Of a DNA stretch of 64,000 nt, positions 32,099 through 42,202 are shown piece after piece. The DNA lies in NCBI GenBank assembly GCA_038131935.1, contig JAYPQH010000001.1:1-64000 (forward strand), read 5' to 3'. The notes beneath the pieces were generated by a model that was not told where the DNA came from, searched no databases, and saw only the letters and a list, made by a program, of their open reading frames with translations. The stretch comes from Alphaproteobacteria bacterium (lineage in GTDB: Bacteria > Pseudomonadota > Alphaproteobacteria > UBA8317). How positions within the stretch are numbered: position 1 is the first letter of the stretch; each line of letters opens with the position of its first letter. The translations under genes were made by a program, and so were the position numbers.

Positions 32099-33499
32099 TT
32101 ACATAGACTTCACAATCTCTTCTACCATTTTGCGCGCATCACCAAACAGCATCATGGTATTGTCTCGGAAGAACAATTCGTTTTCGACACCTGCATATCC
32201 TGAGCCCATGGAACGCTTCAAGAACAGAACTGTTTTGGCATTTTCAACATCCAAAATTGGCATACCAAAAATTGGGGATGACTTATCAGTCTTCGCTGAA
32301 GGGTTGGTCACATCATTCGCACCAATCACAAAAGCAACATCCGCTTGAGAAAACTCAGTGTTGATATCCTCGAGTTCAAATACTTCATCATAAGGCACAT
32401 TCGCTTCAGCAAGAAGAACGTTCATATGCCCTGGCATCCGTCCAGCAACCGGGTGAATGGCGTAAGCCACATCCACACCTTCCGCTTTGAGAAGATCTGC
32501 CATTTCGCGAAGAACATGCTGCGCCTGTGCGACAGCCATACCATAGCCCGGTACGATGATGACCTTTGATGCATTTTTCATGATAAATGCTGCATCATCT
32601 GCTGACCCACGCTTCACAGGACGCTCTTCTTTTTCTCCGGCAGCTGCACTTGCGGAATCGTCCCCGCCAAAACCACCCAGGATCACGTTAAAGAAGGATC
32701 TGTTCATCCCTTTACACATGATATAGGACAAAATCGCACCAGATGAGCCAACAAGAGCTCCCGTCACGATGAGAGCCGTGTTGCCTAAGGTGAAACCAAT
32801 TCCAGCTGCAGCCCACCCTGAGTAGGAATTCAGCATGGAAACAACCACTGGCATATCTGCACCGCCGATGGGGATAATCAACAAGATACCCAATGCCAGG
32901 GCAATAAATGTAATCGCCCAAAACAATCCATAAGAGTTGGTTGTCATGAACACTATAATCAAGACAACGACCAAAATGCCCAAGAAAAGATTGAGCAGAT
33001 GCTGACCTGAGAAGGTGATGGGTTTACCTGACATCCGCCCATCAAGTTTAAGAAACGCAATGATGGAACCTGAAAAGGTGAGCGCACCAATGGCAACACC
33101 TAGCGACATTTCAAACAAACTTGCCGCAGGAATGGCACCTGGCGCTCCAATTCCATATGCGCCTGGCGCATATAAAGCAGCCGCTGCCACAAATACCGCG
33201 GCCAAACCAACGAGCGAGTGAAAAGCAGCCACCAATTGAGGCATGGCCGTCATGGGGATCCTTTGCGCTATAACAGCACCAATTCCACCCCCAATTGCCA
33301 GACCGGCAATAATGAACAAAACACTGCCAACAGAGATATCAATCAAGAAAAGGGTCGTGACGACGGCTAAAGCCATACCGATCATGCCCATGTAATTTCC
33401 CTGACGGGAGGTTTCTGGAGAGGAAAGTCCCCTTAGAGAGTTGATAAACAATACGCCAGAGGCGAGATAGAGAAGCGCTGCAAGATTAGCTGACATCAA
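32099..33499 (-). CDS. pntB: NAD(P) transhydrogenase subunit beta
   Basis: MPQLVAAFHSLVG, IGGADMPVV, VPGYGMAVAQAQ, HPVAGRMPGHMNVLL. Confidence 0.98.
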   Translation of the reverse strand: MMSANLAALLYLASGVLFINSLRGLSSPETSRQGNYMGMIGMALAVVTTLFLIDISVGSVLFIIAGLAIGGGIGAVIAQRIPMTAMPQLVAAFHSLVGLAAVFVAAAALYAPGAYGIGAPGAIPAASLFEMSLGVAIGALTFSGSIIAFLKLDGRMSGKPITFSGQHLLNLFLGILVVVLIIVFMTTNSYGLFWAITFIALALGILLIIPIGGADMPVVVSMLNSYSGWAAAGIGFTLGNTALIVTGALVGSSGAILSYIMCKGMNRSFFNVILGGFGGDDSASAAAGEKEERPVKRGSADDAAFIMKNASKVIIVPGYGMAVAQAQHVLREMADLLKAEGVDVAYAIHPVAGRMPGHMNVLLAEANVPYDEVFELEDINTEFSQADVAFVIGANDVTNPSAKTDKSSPIFGMPILDVENAKTVLFLKRSMGSGYAGVENELFFRDNTMMLFGDARKMVEEIVKSM

Positions 33500-33511
33500 T
33501 TTCGAGCCCCC

Positions 33512-33940
33512 TTAGCTTTTTTTCTTATACATGGCGAGCATGCGTTGGGTTACCAAGAAGCCACCAAAAATATTCACTGATGCAAGTATCAGCGCTAGGA
33601 AGCCGAATATTCTCGCGGACCAACCTGCGCCACCCGTTGCTTGTTCAATATCAACGCCCGTGGCCAACAAAGCGCCAACAACGATCACAGATGAAATGGC
33701 ATTTGTCACAGCCATTAACGGTGTATGAAGAGCGGGGGTCACGGACCAAACAACGTAATAGCCCACAAAAATAGCCATTACAAAAACCGCAAAACGCAAA
33801 ACTGTTGGATCAACACCCGCGGCACTGCCCCCAACTTCTGCGACTTGGGCAATCGTATCAGTCTGTATGTTCGCAAGGCTCGCTTGTACTTCAGCAAGCT
33901 TATCCTGTGCGGAAACAATCACGTCTTTCAAATTTGACAT
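33512..33940 (-). CDS. pntAB: NAD(P) transhydrogenase subunit alpha, part 2 (membrane)
   Basis: [31 protein letters not shown]. Confidence 0.95.
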   Translation of the reverse strand: MSNLKDVIVSAQDKLAEVQASLANIQTDTIAQVAEVGGSAAGVDPTVLRFAVFVMAIFVGYYVVWSVTPALHTPLMAVTNAISSVIVVGALLATGVDIEQATGGAGWSARIFGFLALILASVNIFGGFLVTQRMLAMYKKKS

Positions 33941-33950
33941 AGGCCCATCC

Positions 33951-35081
33951 TCAAGATTTTAGTGAGGGATGATGAACAGCACCGTCGCGACATAACAACG
34001 TTCCGGCAATGATTTCATCTTCCAAATTGATGACAAGGTTACCTGTATCTTTTTCAGCAAGTAACTCAATGAATGATATCAGGTTCTTCGCATACAAAGC
34101 GCTGGCATCTGTAGGCAAACGCATGGCCAAATTTTCATAGCCGATGATGGTTTTTCCATCTTCCTGAACGACTTCGCCTGGAACTGTAAGCGCACAGTTG
34201 CCACCTTGCTCTGCCGCCAAGTCAACCACAACTGCTCCTCTAGGCATGGAGGCCACTTGCTCTTTGGTGACCAATTTTGGTGCAGGCCGACCTGGTATGA
34301 GCGCGGTTGTGATCACAATATTCTGTTTAGCGATATGATTACTCACCAATTCCGCTTGCTTTGCCTTGTAGGCATCAGACATTTCTTTCGCATAACCACC
34401 GGCTGTTTCCGCTTGTTTGAACTCTTCATCCTCGACAGCAATAAATTTACCACCCAACGATTCTACCTGTTCTTTTGCAGCAGGGCGAACATCCGTTGCT
34501 GTAACAACAGCACCCAAGCGCTTTGCCGTCGCAATAGCTTGAAGACCTGCAACACCAGCTCCCATGATAAATACCTTCGCAGGAGCCACCGTGCCTGCTG
34601 CTGTCATCATCATAGGAAATACGCTACCGTAAGCAGCAGCACCATCGATAACAGCTTTGTAACCAGCTAGGTTTGATTGCGATGAGAGGACATCCATGGC
34701 TTGTGCTCGGGTAATTCTCGGAACGAATTCCATACCGAACACGGTCAACTCTGCCGCCGCACAGGCATCTAGGGTTTCACGATCATTAAATGGTGCCATA
34801 ATCGCGCAAACCGCTGTTTTGGGGGGCAATACTGCAATTTCCTCTGCTGATGGACGGCGCACTTTGATCACCAAATCTGCATCTTTTACACAATCTTCAA
34901 AATCTGACGCTATCCGCGCGCCTTCAACCTCATAAGCATCATCGGCCATAGATGCATGCAAACCTGCACCTGATTGGACGGTCACCTTGTGACCAGCCTT
35001 AATAAGTCGCTTGACGGAATCTGGTGTTGCGGCAACACGAGTTTCCCCGTCACGCACCTCACGCGGGACAGCTATCAGCAT
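33951..35081 (-). CDS. pntAA: NAD(P) transhydrogenase subunit alpha, part 1 (domain I)
   Basis: [39 protein letters not shown]. Confidence 0.97.
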   Translation of the reverse strand: MLIAVPREVRDGETRVAATPDSVKRLIKAGHKVTVQSGAGLHASMADDAYEVEGARIASDFEDCVKDADLVIKVRRPSAEEIAVLPPKTAVCAIMAPFNDRETLDACAAAELTVFGMEFVPRITRAQAMDVLSSQSNLAGYKAVIDGAAAYGSVFPMMMTAAGTVAPAKVFIMGAGVAGLQAIATAKRLGAVVTATDVRPAAKEQVESLGGKFIAVEDEEFKQAETAGGYAKEMSDAYKAKQAELVSNHIAKQNIVITTALIPGRPAPKLVTKEQVASMPRGAVVVDLAAEQGGNCALTVPGEVVQEDGKTIIGYENLAMRLPTDASALYAKNLISFIELLAEKDTGNLVINLEDEIIAGTLLCRDGAVHHPSLKS

Positions 35082-35117
35082 AAAAATTCCTCCGTTATCA
35101 CATTTCAGGAATGGCTA

Positions 35118-35252
35118 TCACACCAAGAAAATGGCCATGAATACCAATAGTGCGACACAAGAAATAATGCCCCACTGGACCAATTTCACGAAACCATTCC
35201 AGGTACGCTGATGCTCGGAAATATCCATTGAACCTTCTTCATAAGCTGACAT
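35118..35252 (-). CDS. aa3-type cytochrome c oxidase subunit IV-like small membrane protein (44 aa, not in ORF track)
   Basis: Hand translation MSAYEEGSMDISEHQRTWNGFVKLVQWGIISCVALLVFMAIFLV; the GSMDI.EH..TW.GF motif plus one TM is typical of this family. Confidence 0.85.
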   Translation of the reverse strand: MSAYEEGSMDISEHQRTWNGFVKLVQWGIISCVALLVFMAIFLV

Positions 35253-35340
35253 GACTAACCCCAACTCTTCTACATTGTATAATTTATTATGGTGCAATAA
35301 TCATTATTGACCACTCTTAGCAACATTCACAAACCATAAA

Positions 35341-36681
35341 TTAGTATAAATTTACGCTTTGTAACATATTTTCTTGTGATTTTCGCCGCGACAGCGACGT
35401 AGCGCCTGCCAATTGTGACTCGAAAAGCTGATGCCAGTTTTGCTTAGCACCAAGCCTAATAAACACACTACCCAAACCGATTGCAGCCCGATCCATGAAC
35501 ACAAATTCCTGAGGTGGCCTCACAGGCCCCAACGCCTTTAGAGCTTTATGAACTGCCATGGCCTCCGCACGACCATAAGCACCAGGTGCGATATCTTCCG
35601 CAATCATACGGGTTCTATCATCCAAAAGGGGCCCATAAATGAATCCAGCCCAAATATCCAATACATCCATCAAATCTTTGGATATATTATCAAAGCCCCA
35701 AGCCTTGTAAGCTTCTGCTCTTTGTTCTGATCGATTCTCACGAAACCCTTCGTAAAGTGTGATAACAGCATCAATGAATTCTGGCTCAAAAACCCTTACA
35801 CACCCAAAGTCCAACAAATTCAGCTGCCCATCTTTGTTGATTGTATAATTTCCTGGATGTGGATCCCCATGGATAACGGCATATCCTACAAGCGGATGCC
35901 ACCATGCGGAAAACAATTGCCCCGCCAAGTGATCAATTTGCTCTGCGCTCTGCTTTGCCATTTGCTCATCAGAGAATATCTTTTCGCCTTCACACCATGT
36001 CATGGTTAATAATCTTGATGTGCTCAATTCTGCAAGAGGTTGAGGCACCGAGATGTCCAAATGTGCAAGCATTTTTGCATAGGCTGCCATCAATTTTGCT
36101 TCACGGATATAATCAAGCTCCTCACGCAATCTTGCAGCCAACTCTTCTCTGATCGCGCTGGTGTCGATGACACCATCAACACGCCGCATAATCCCCAGGA
36201 CAACATCCAATTGAGCAAGATCTGCCTCAACAGCTGAATCCATGTCTGGATATTGTAGTTTCACCGCAACATGTTCTCCATCAGAAGTTGTGGCTTCATG
36301 GACTTGCCCTAAGGACGCTGCAAAACTTGCCACTGGTGAAAAGTTCTGAAACCGATCACGCCAGTGCTCGCCCAATTCAGCGCGCATCCTCCGCTCAACA
36401 AATCTCTTTCCCATGGAAGGGGCATGCGCTTGGAGTTGGCTCATAGCTTCCTGGAACGCTGGTGGCACAGCGTCGGGAATTGTTGCAAGAATTTGTGCAA
36501 CTTTTACCAAGGGACCGCGAAGTTCTCCTAAGGTTGCCACCAACTGTTGGGCCAATTGATCATTGACCAACCCACGACCACGGATAACTGAGCCAGTTGC
36601 TTGCAAGGTAAAGCCTGCCGCGCGACCACCAACTTGGCCATATCTTCGCAACCGTTTCGACAGCTTGTTTTCTTCGCCCAA
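35341..36681 (-). CDS. AarF/ABC1/UbiB family atypical kinase
   Basis: LVKVAQIL, AASLGQVH, VAVKLQYP, ELDY, HGDPHPGN, LLDFG. Confidence 0.92.
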   Translation of the reverse strand: MGEENKLSKRLRRYGQVGGRAAGFTLQATGSVIRGRGLVNDQLAQQLVATLGELRGPLVKVAQILATIPDAVPPAFQEAMSQLQAHAPSMGKRFVERRMRAELGEHWRDRFQNFSPVASFAASLGQVHEATTSDGEHVAVKLQYPDMDSAVEADLAQLDVVLGIMRRVDGVIDTSAIREELAARLREELDYIREAKLMAAYAKMLAHLDISVPQPLAELSTSRLLTMTWCEGEKIFSDEQMAKQSAEQIDHLAGQLFSAWWHPLVGYAVIHGDPHPGNYTINKDGQLNLLDFGCVRVFEPEFIDAVITLYEGFRENRSEQRAEAYKAWGFDNISKDLMDVLDIWAGFIYGPLLDDRTRMIAEDIAPGAYGRAEAMAVHKALKALGPVRPPQEFVFMDRAAIGLGSVFIRLGAKQNWHQLFESQLAGATSLSRRKSQENMLQSVNLY

Positions 36682-36746
36682 TATAGCCCCCTAAAAACCT
36701 CAACACGTCAAATATCCACTCCGTGTGATAATGGAGCGGTGGCGTC

Positions 36747-36775
36747 AAAAAAAAAGCCCCGCTCTTAAGCGAGGC
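36747..36775 (-). terminator. Intrinsic terminator after the long OmpA lipoprotein gene
   Basis: Minus strand GCCTCGCT-TAAG-AGCGGGGC-T9. Confidence 0.75.
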
Positions 36776-36802
36776 CCCTTTGTTATGATATTTATCTTGC
36801 GG

Positions 36803-37626
36803 TCACCTGAATTCGATAACCGCGCGGCGGTTACGTGGATTGGGAACATTATCTGGGGTAGGTTCTGCTAAGTCCCCCTCTCCTTCAGGGATAACAGCCA
36901 CCACACGAACACCGGCTTTGCGCAGTGCATTCGCAACGGCCACAGCACGACGCTCAGATAGCCTGTCATTGTATGCAGCAGGGCCAGCTGTATCAGCATG
37001 ACCATATACATTCACGCTATCTCCAGCATTCACGCTGGCTACGTTTTTGATGACCTGTTGGGCTTCCGCCGTCAGCTCTGAACGATCAAAGCCAAAATAA
37101 ATGGTAAACTGACTGATGGCTGGGATGGCTGGTGCGCCACACGCTAAGAGTGCTTCTTCAAAGATGGCTTGATGCTTCGCACCATCCATATCTGGCCTTG
37201 TGAATGCTTCATCAACCATATGCCTATCAAACATGACCTGCGCGCGCGCGCACTCTTCAGGACGTAGATCTCTATTACCTACCAATGTATCCATTAATTT
37301 GCCACGTGCGTCTGAAATCAAGGCAATGCGCGCATTGTCGTCATTGTTGGTTACATAATTGTGGTTGTTATCAAAGTACTCTGCGGTCCAAGGTTCAGGC
37401 GTGTTTCAAGAACTGCCAAGCGCCCCTTTTCTGCATAAAGTGCGGCCAAAGCCCAGTTCTCTTCCTGACTGGCAACCTTCGTCTCTTCTTGGTAAAATTT
37501 GGCAAGGTGAGCTTCGAAATTATCCCCTTTGATCACCTTAGAAAGAAATGGCTCGGCGGAAAATGTACCGCATCCAGCAAGACCCAAGATAGATACAAAA
37601 CAAACTGAGCGCAAAAAGCTTCTCAT
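36803..37626 (-). CDS. OmpA-family lipoprotein with extra helical N-terminal domain (frameshift near 37405-37410)
   Basis: Lipobox LAGC; a shifted frame (TPEPWTAEYFDNNHNY...ALISDARGKL) joins ORFs 37351-37653 and 36803-37321; YFGFD, GHADTAG, LSERRA, NRRAVI. Confidence 0.85.
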
Positions 37627-37642
37627 AGCCCAAATCTCCAAC

Positions 37643-37675
37643 AAAAAACCCAAAGACAGTAATTCTGTCTTTGGG
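37643..37675 (-). terminator. Intrinsic terminator between the two OmpA genes
   Basis: Minus strand CCCAAAGACAG-AATTA-CTGTCTTTGGG-T6 (perfect 11-bp stem). Confidence 0.85.
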
Positions 37676-37702
37676 CCATTTTCACAATAATGTCAAAAAA
37701 AA

Positions 37703-38137
37703 TTACCGATAATTGACAACCGCACGACGGTTCATACGGTTTTTCACATTGTCTTCCGTTTGAACGGCGAGATTGTATTCACCATCACCGATAACAGCGA
37801 CCACTTTCACCCCAGCTTCACGTAAGGCGGAGGCTTCATTTTTGGCGCGTCGCTCAGATAAACCCATGTTGTACTTCTCTGGGCCAGCTGTATCCGTATT
37901 ACCGTAAACATTCACAGAACGCCCATCAGCCTGGGAAACGATGTTATTGATTACCCGCTTAGAGTCTGCGTTCAATTGATCATCATCAAAAGCAAAGTAA
38001 ACGGTGTAGCTGCTTATTTTGGCAATAGCAGGCTTTTCTTCAACTTTCTTCTGCTCCGTGACAGGGGCAGGTTTTTCTGCACAGCTAGCGAGTCCAAATA
38101 CAACACCAGCAACAGCGGCCTTTACAACAAAATTCAT
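37703..38137 (-). CDS. Short OmpA-family lipoprotein
   Basis: GGAG RBS, start MNFVVK, lipobox LASC; YFAFD, GNTDTAG, LSERRA, NRRAVV. Confidence 0.9.
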   Translation of the reverse strand: MNFVVKAAVAGVVFGLASCAEKPAPVTEQKKVEEKPAIAKISSYTVYFAFDDDQLNADSKRVINNIVSQADGRSVNVYGNTDTAGPEKYNMGLSERRAKNEASALREAGVKVVAVIGDGEYNLAVQTEDNVKNRMNRRAVVNYR

Positions 38138-38309
38138 ATCAAATCTCCAGAGTAAAATGATTGTGGGCCCTATAACATTCAAAGTATACCACGAAATTCC
38201 CTTAACACAAATTAGGGAAAGCTTTTCATAAATCCTGGGGGCTTACCAACAACGTCAAGATTTGTTGTGTCAGATTTGTCACAGAACAAGCGAGCTGACA
38301 TACCAAAAC

Positions 38310-38570
38310 TCACATATCGCCCAGTGCTTCAAGGTAAACGTCCAAAAGCTCCCGCTCTTCAGAACGCTCGTTTGGGTCTTTGGCCCGGTATTTGATGCAT
38401 GCACGCAAGATTTTCGTATCAAACCCACGTCCTTTTGCCTCAGCGAACACCTCTTTAATATCTGTGGCCAGCTGGCGTTTTTCTTCTTCTAACCGTTCAA
38501 TACGCTCCACAATTTGACGCAATTCAGCCCCAACAATGACGGGACTTGATGTGATGTCATCCATTTTCAT
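38310..38570 (-). CDS. gapR: DUF2312 nucleoid-associated protein GapR
   Basis: [15 protein letters not shown]...[19 protein letters not shown]...LDVYLEALG. Confidence 0.92.
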   Translation of the reverse strand: MKMDDITSSPVIVGAELRQIVERIERLEEEKRQLATDIKEVFAEAKGRGFDTKILRACIKYRAKDPNERSEERELLDVYLEALGDM

Positions 38571-38670
38571 TAATCCTTTTCGTTTGCCAAGCTATGTATA
38601 ATCTCGTTTCAGATCACCCATTGCGAAGCTCCAAGCCTTTTATAGCCAAACTCTATATTCGTTATCTGTC

Positions 38671-38931
38671 TTATGAACGCTCTGTCTGATAAAGCTTTTT
38701 CCATTCGTCATATGCCATCCCATACACGCGCGTGCGGGCTTCTTCCTTATCTAAAGCCCCACCCAAAAGATGGTCCTCTTCCATATACCAACGGGATAAA
38801 CAATTCCGACAAAAGCCAGCCAAATCCATCAAATCAATATTTTGAACATCTTTTCGCTCTTGCAAATGCGCAACCAGACGATCAAACGCAGCGGCCTTAG
38901 CTTTGATATCATGTTCATTTTGAGTACTCAT
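38671..38931 (-). CDS. DUF1244 family protein
   Basis: AAAFDRLVAHL, DVQNIDLMDLAGFCRNCLSRWY, VYGMAYDEWK; ATGA overlap with the upstream gene. Confidence 0.9.
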   Translation of the reverse strand: MSTQNEHDIKAKAAAFDRLVAHLQERKDVQNIDLMDLAGFCRNCLSRWYMEEDHLLGGALDKEEARTRVYGMAYDEWKKLYQTERS

Positions 38932-39668
38932 TTCACTTCTCCTTGGCGTGCCTGTTGCATCGTTGACAAGATGCTGTCGATATACCCTGTGAAGGTCTTT
39001 CGCCAAGCCCTATTTTGCAAAAGATCATTACGTATTTCTATCAAAACATGCTCATGCCTGCCCACGGCATGACGAGACATACAGTCCCCTGGCAAATCAC
39101 CATGGTACGGCTCGTTAATGCCTGCAACAAAACCCTTCTCTCGCAGCATTGTTTCCACACCATACAGCCATGATGGTGGTGAGGCATGCAACAGACCAAC
39201 TTCCGTAGGTCGCTTTTGGTCTCTCCAAAAGGGCGTAAAAGAATGCAGTGATAGGATCAAACAATAGCCGTGTTTGGTCAAAATGCGCTCTATAAACTGA
39301 GCAACAGCTTGGTGATATGGCTCGTGCGCCCTGGCCAACCTATGTTTGATTTGTGCGTCATCAAGACCAACATTTCCCGGTATGATGCGCCTATCTGAAA
39401 TAGCACTGATGACAGTGGGATCTTTCGGATCACGATTTAAATCGACATAAAGTCTAGAATAACGCCCTGCCACAACGCTTACCCCAAGGTTTTCAGACCA
39501 TTCGCACAAAGCCTCCATCACACCAGGGTCATAAGCAATATGGTCAAACAGGTCCTTTTCAGCCATACCAAGGGTACCAACGTCATCAGGCAATAAACGA
39601 CCTGCATGATCACCCAACATCAACACGTAGGAATTTTCAGTGCGATCAATGGTAGAAAATGATATCAT
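38928..39668 (-). CDS. N-formylglutamate amidohydrolase family protein (paralog 1)
   Basis: DHA, HIAYDPG, SRLYVDLNR, PYH, SLHSFTP, NEPY, LIEIRNDL; GGAGG RBS. Confidence 0.9.
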   Translation of the reverse strand: MISFSTIDRTENSYVLMLGDHAGRLLPDDVGTLGMAEKDLFDHIAYDPGVMEALCEWSENLGVSVVAGRYSRLYVDLNRDPKDPTVISAISDRRIIPGNVGLDDAQIKHRLARAHEPYHQAVAQFIERILTKHGYCLILSLHSFTPFWRDQKRPTEVGLLHASPPSWLYGVETMLREKGFVAGINEPYHGDLPGDCMSRHAVGRHEHVLIEIRNDLLQNRAWRKTFTGYIDSILSTMQQARQGEVK

Positions 39669-40902
39669 AAAGCTCCCTCCACATCAGGATATTGCCTATC
39701 TTCAAGAATATATCGCCCCTATCATTGAGGCGTGCTCGGCCACCCATTACTTACCACCATTTCTCACCTCGTTTGAAGCAACACCTGTTGGCTTGATTGC
39801 TGTAGGCAAAGCGGCCGCAGATATGGCCCAGGTAGCTCAACGATATCTGACCTTGCCTCATGATGGCGTCTTGGTGGTTAAACATGGAACAGAAGTTCAC
39901 GCAAACAAACTGACCACATGCTATGCAAACCATCCCATTCCTGACAAGCATAGTGTGATAGCCGCTGAAACAATTTGCACTTATCTCCAGTCCCTGCCAC
40001 TCGGCATGCCAGTTGTGTTTCTTTTGTCAGGTGGTGCTTCCAGCCTTTGCTGTTTGCCCATTAAAGGCATGTCCTTGGAAGAAAAATCGAAAATGATACA
40101 AGCCCTCATGTCACGAGGTGCAAATATCCATGAACTTAATGCGGTGCGACGAGCCTACTCTCAAATCAAAGGTGGAGGTTTGCTTAAATTTGCGCGCGGA
40201 CCACTCCACACATTGGCACTAAGCGATGTCACCGGAGATGACCCAAAAGTTATTGGATCAGGACCAACAATCCCAATAACCGAAGAAGAACAATACATGC
40301 AGGTCCTCAAAAAATTTGAGTTCACACCTGTTTGTACCCCTTCAATCACAATTTCACCCACATCCCCCCATCAGCATTCCTATCAGTTGGTGTTTAAGCC
40401 CAAAGAATTATTAGATTGGGTGGTTAAAAAACTTCAATCTCCATCCATGGAGGTGCTGAATATTGGGGAAAAAGAGGAAGACAGCGCAGCCAATCTCGCC
40501 CGGCGTCATTGGGATTTAGCCTGCAAGCATTATAAAGGCGAACCCTTTGTTATGGTATCTGGTGGGGAAGCCACAACCATGATCAAAGGCGATGGAATCG
40601 GTGGTGCGAACAGAGAATATGTCCTTGAAATGATGCTCTGTGCACAATCGGCACAAAAACCCTTTGAAGCGACCATTTTGGCGATGGACACCGATGGTGT
40701 CGATGGTGCGAACGACGTTGCAGGAGGTATTTTCAACAGTACAGAATTTCAAAAATATGCATTACACAATGAAGCTCAAGAAGCTTTAAACAAGAGTGCA
40801 TCAGGGGATTTTTTGGCACGTTACGGGCGTGACATTGTAACCGGGCCAACAGGCACAAATCTCAATGATATCCGCCTGCTTCTGATACGTCCCACCATGT
40901 AA
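39649..40902 (+). CDS. Glycerate kinase type 2 (MOFRL/TtuD family)
   Basis: GKAA, HPIPD, LLSGGASSL, IKGGGL, LSDVTGDD, SGGE, DTDGVDG, TGPTGTNLND. Confidence 0.92.
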   Translation: MVENDIIKLPPHQDIAYLQEYIAPIIEACSATHYLPPFLTSFEATPVGLIAVGKAAADMAQVAQRYLTLPHDGVLVVKHGTEVHANKLTTCYANHPIPDKHSVIAAETICTYLQSLPLGMPVVFLLSGGASSLCCLPIKGMSLEEKSKMIQALMSRGANIHELNAVRRAYSQIKGGGLLKFARGPLHTLALSDVTGDDPKVIGSGPTIPITEEEQYMQVLKKFEFTPVCTPSITISPTSPHQHSYQLVFKPKELLDWVVKKLQSPSMEVLNIGEKEEDSAANLARRHWDLACKHYKGEPFVMVSGGEATTMIKGDGIGGANREYVLEMMLCAQSAQKPFEATILAMDTDGVDGANDVAGGIFNSTEFQKYALHNEAQEALNKSASGDFLARYGRDIVTGPTGTNLNDIRLLLIRPTM

Positions 40903-40912
40903 AAAACTGTAT

Positions 40913-42193
40913 TTAATGGCTTAAAGCCCTAAGACTTGGTGGAATTTCTCCATGCAAGGCCCAATCAATCAACTGGATGATATGAACCGTTGGCATGCCC
41001 AATTCAGGAGCAAGATGGTTCATACAGCCCAAGTTAACACTCGCGAGTATTTGCGCATCCGTTTTAAGAATAGATTGTGCCTTGCGGTGACGCAATTGAT
41101 GGGCAATTTCAGGTTGAAAGAGAGAATAGGTTCCCGCACTGCCACAGCAAAGATGGCTGTCTGCGAAAGAACGCAGTTCAAAACCCGATCTACGTAATAC
41201 CCTCTCACCAACACCTGAAAGACCCTGCCCATGTTGCATAGAACAGGGTGGATGATAGGCAATAGGTTGTGAGGTAGGGGCTTCTGCCTCCCAAGTTTGA
41301 TCCTGATCTAGCCATTGTGTGACTTCAAAACTATGCGCTGACAACCATTTTGCTTCCTCCGCACAATCTTCATCTTCAAGCAAATGGGCATAGTCTTTTA
41401 CCGTTGTTCCGCAGCCTGATGCGTTGATAATAACACCATCAACACCAGCATCCATCCAAGCTTGAACATTCGCCCTCGCCAATTTCTTGGCTTGCTCTTC
41501 ATCACCATTATGATGGTGCAAAGCACCGCAGCAGCCCGACGATTTGGGCATCACCACCTCATGCCCAAGACTGGTCAAAACCCGGATTGTGGCAGCGTGT
41601 ATTTCGCCACCTAACGCAGCTGTGGCACAACCATGGAGCAAAGCCAAACGAGATTTTTTTTCACCTTGCGCTGGGTAAATGACTCCTCGAGCAGGCGCAA
41701 CATCTGGAATTCTTGCGGGAACATGCTCCAACAAATTGCCAAGAAACCGCGGAAGAAAGGAATGGAATGCCCTGAAAGGCCTGGCCAGTCCTATGGCAAC
41801 ACGAAACAAATTGGGGCGGACCAAAAGCGCCAAAATACAACGTCTATAAAGACGCTCAAAAAAGGGCCGCTGGTGATGTTGATGGATATATGCCCTCGCA
41901 TGATCTACCAGACGCATATAATCCACACCACTTGGGCATGTTGTCTTACAGCCGAGGCAAGACAAACAACGATCAATATGCTTTACAATCTTAGGCTCTG
42001 GTCGACCCCCCTTTTCCAACATATCTCGTATCATCCAAATACGACCACGTGGCGAGTCTGCTTCATCACCCAAAACCTGAAATGTTGGGCAGGTTGCTGT
42101 ACAAAATCCACAATGCACACAGCGACGCAAAACCTCCGCTGATTCTCGTATGGATTTTGTTTGGTATTGCTCTTCAGAAAACCGGGTTTGCAT
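40913..42193 (-). CDS. glcF: Glycolate oxidase iron-sulfur subunit
   Basis: CVHCGFCTATCPT, DRCLSCLGCKTTCPSGV, CCG domains (CCGA, CCGSAGTY). Confidence 0.95.
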   Translation of the reverse strand: MQTRFSEEQYQTKSIRESAEVLRRCVHCGFCTATCPTFQVLGDEADSPRGRIWMIRDMLEKGGRPEPKIVKHIDRCLSCLGCKTTCPSGVDYMRLVDHARAYIHQHHQRPFFERLYRRCILALLVRPNLFRVAIGLARPFRAFHSFLPRFLGNLLEHVPARIPDVAPARGVIYPAQGEKKSRLALLHGCATAALGGEIHAATIRVLTSLGHEVVMPKSSGCCGALHHHNGDEEQAKKLARANVQAWMDAGVDGVIINASGCGTTVKDYAHLLEDEDCAEEAKWLSAHSFEVTQWLDQDQTWEAEAPTSQPIAYHPPCSMQHGQGLSGVGERVLRRSGFELRSFADSHLCCGSAGTYSLFQPEIAHQLRHRKAQSILKTDAQILASVNLGCMNHLAPELGMPTVHIIQLIDWALHGEIPPSLRALSH

Positions 42194-42202
42194 GATGACT
42201 CT

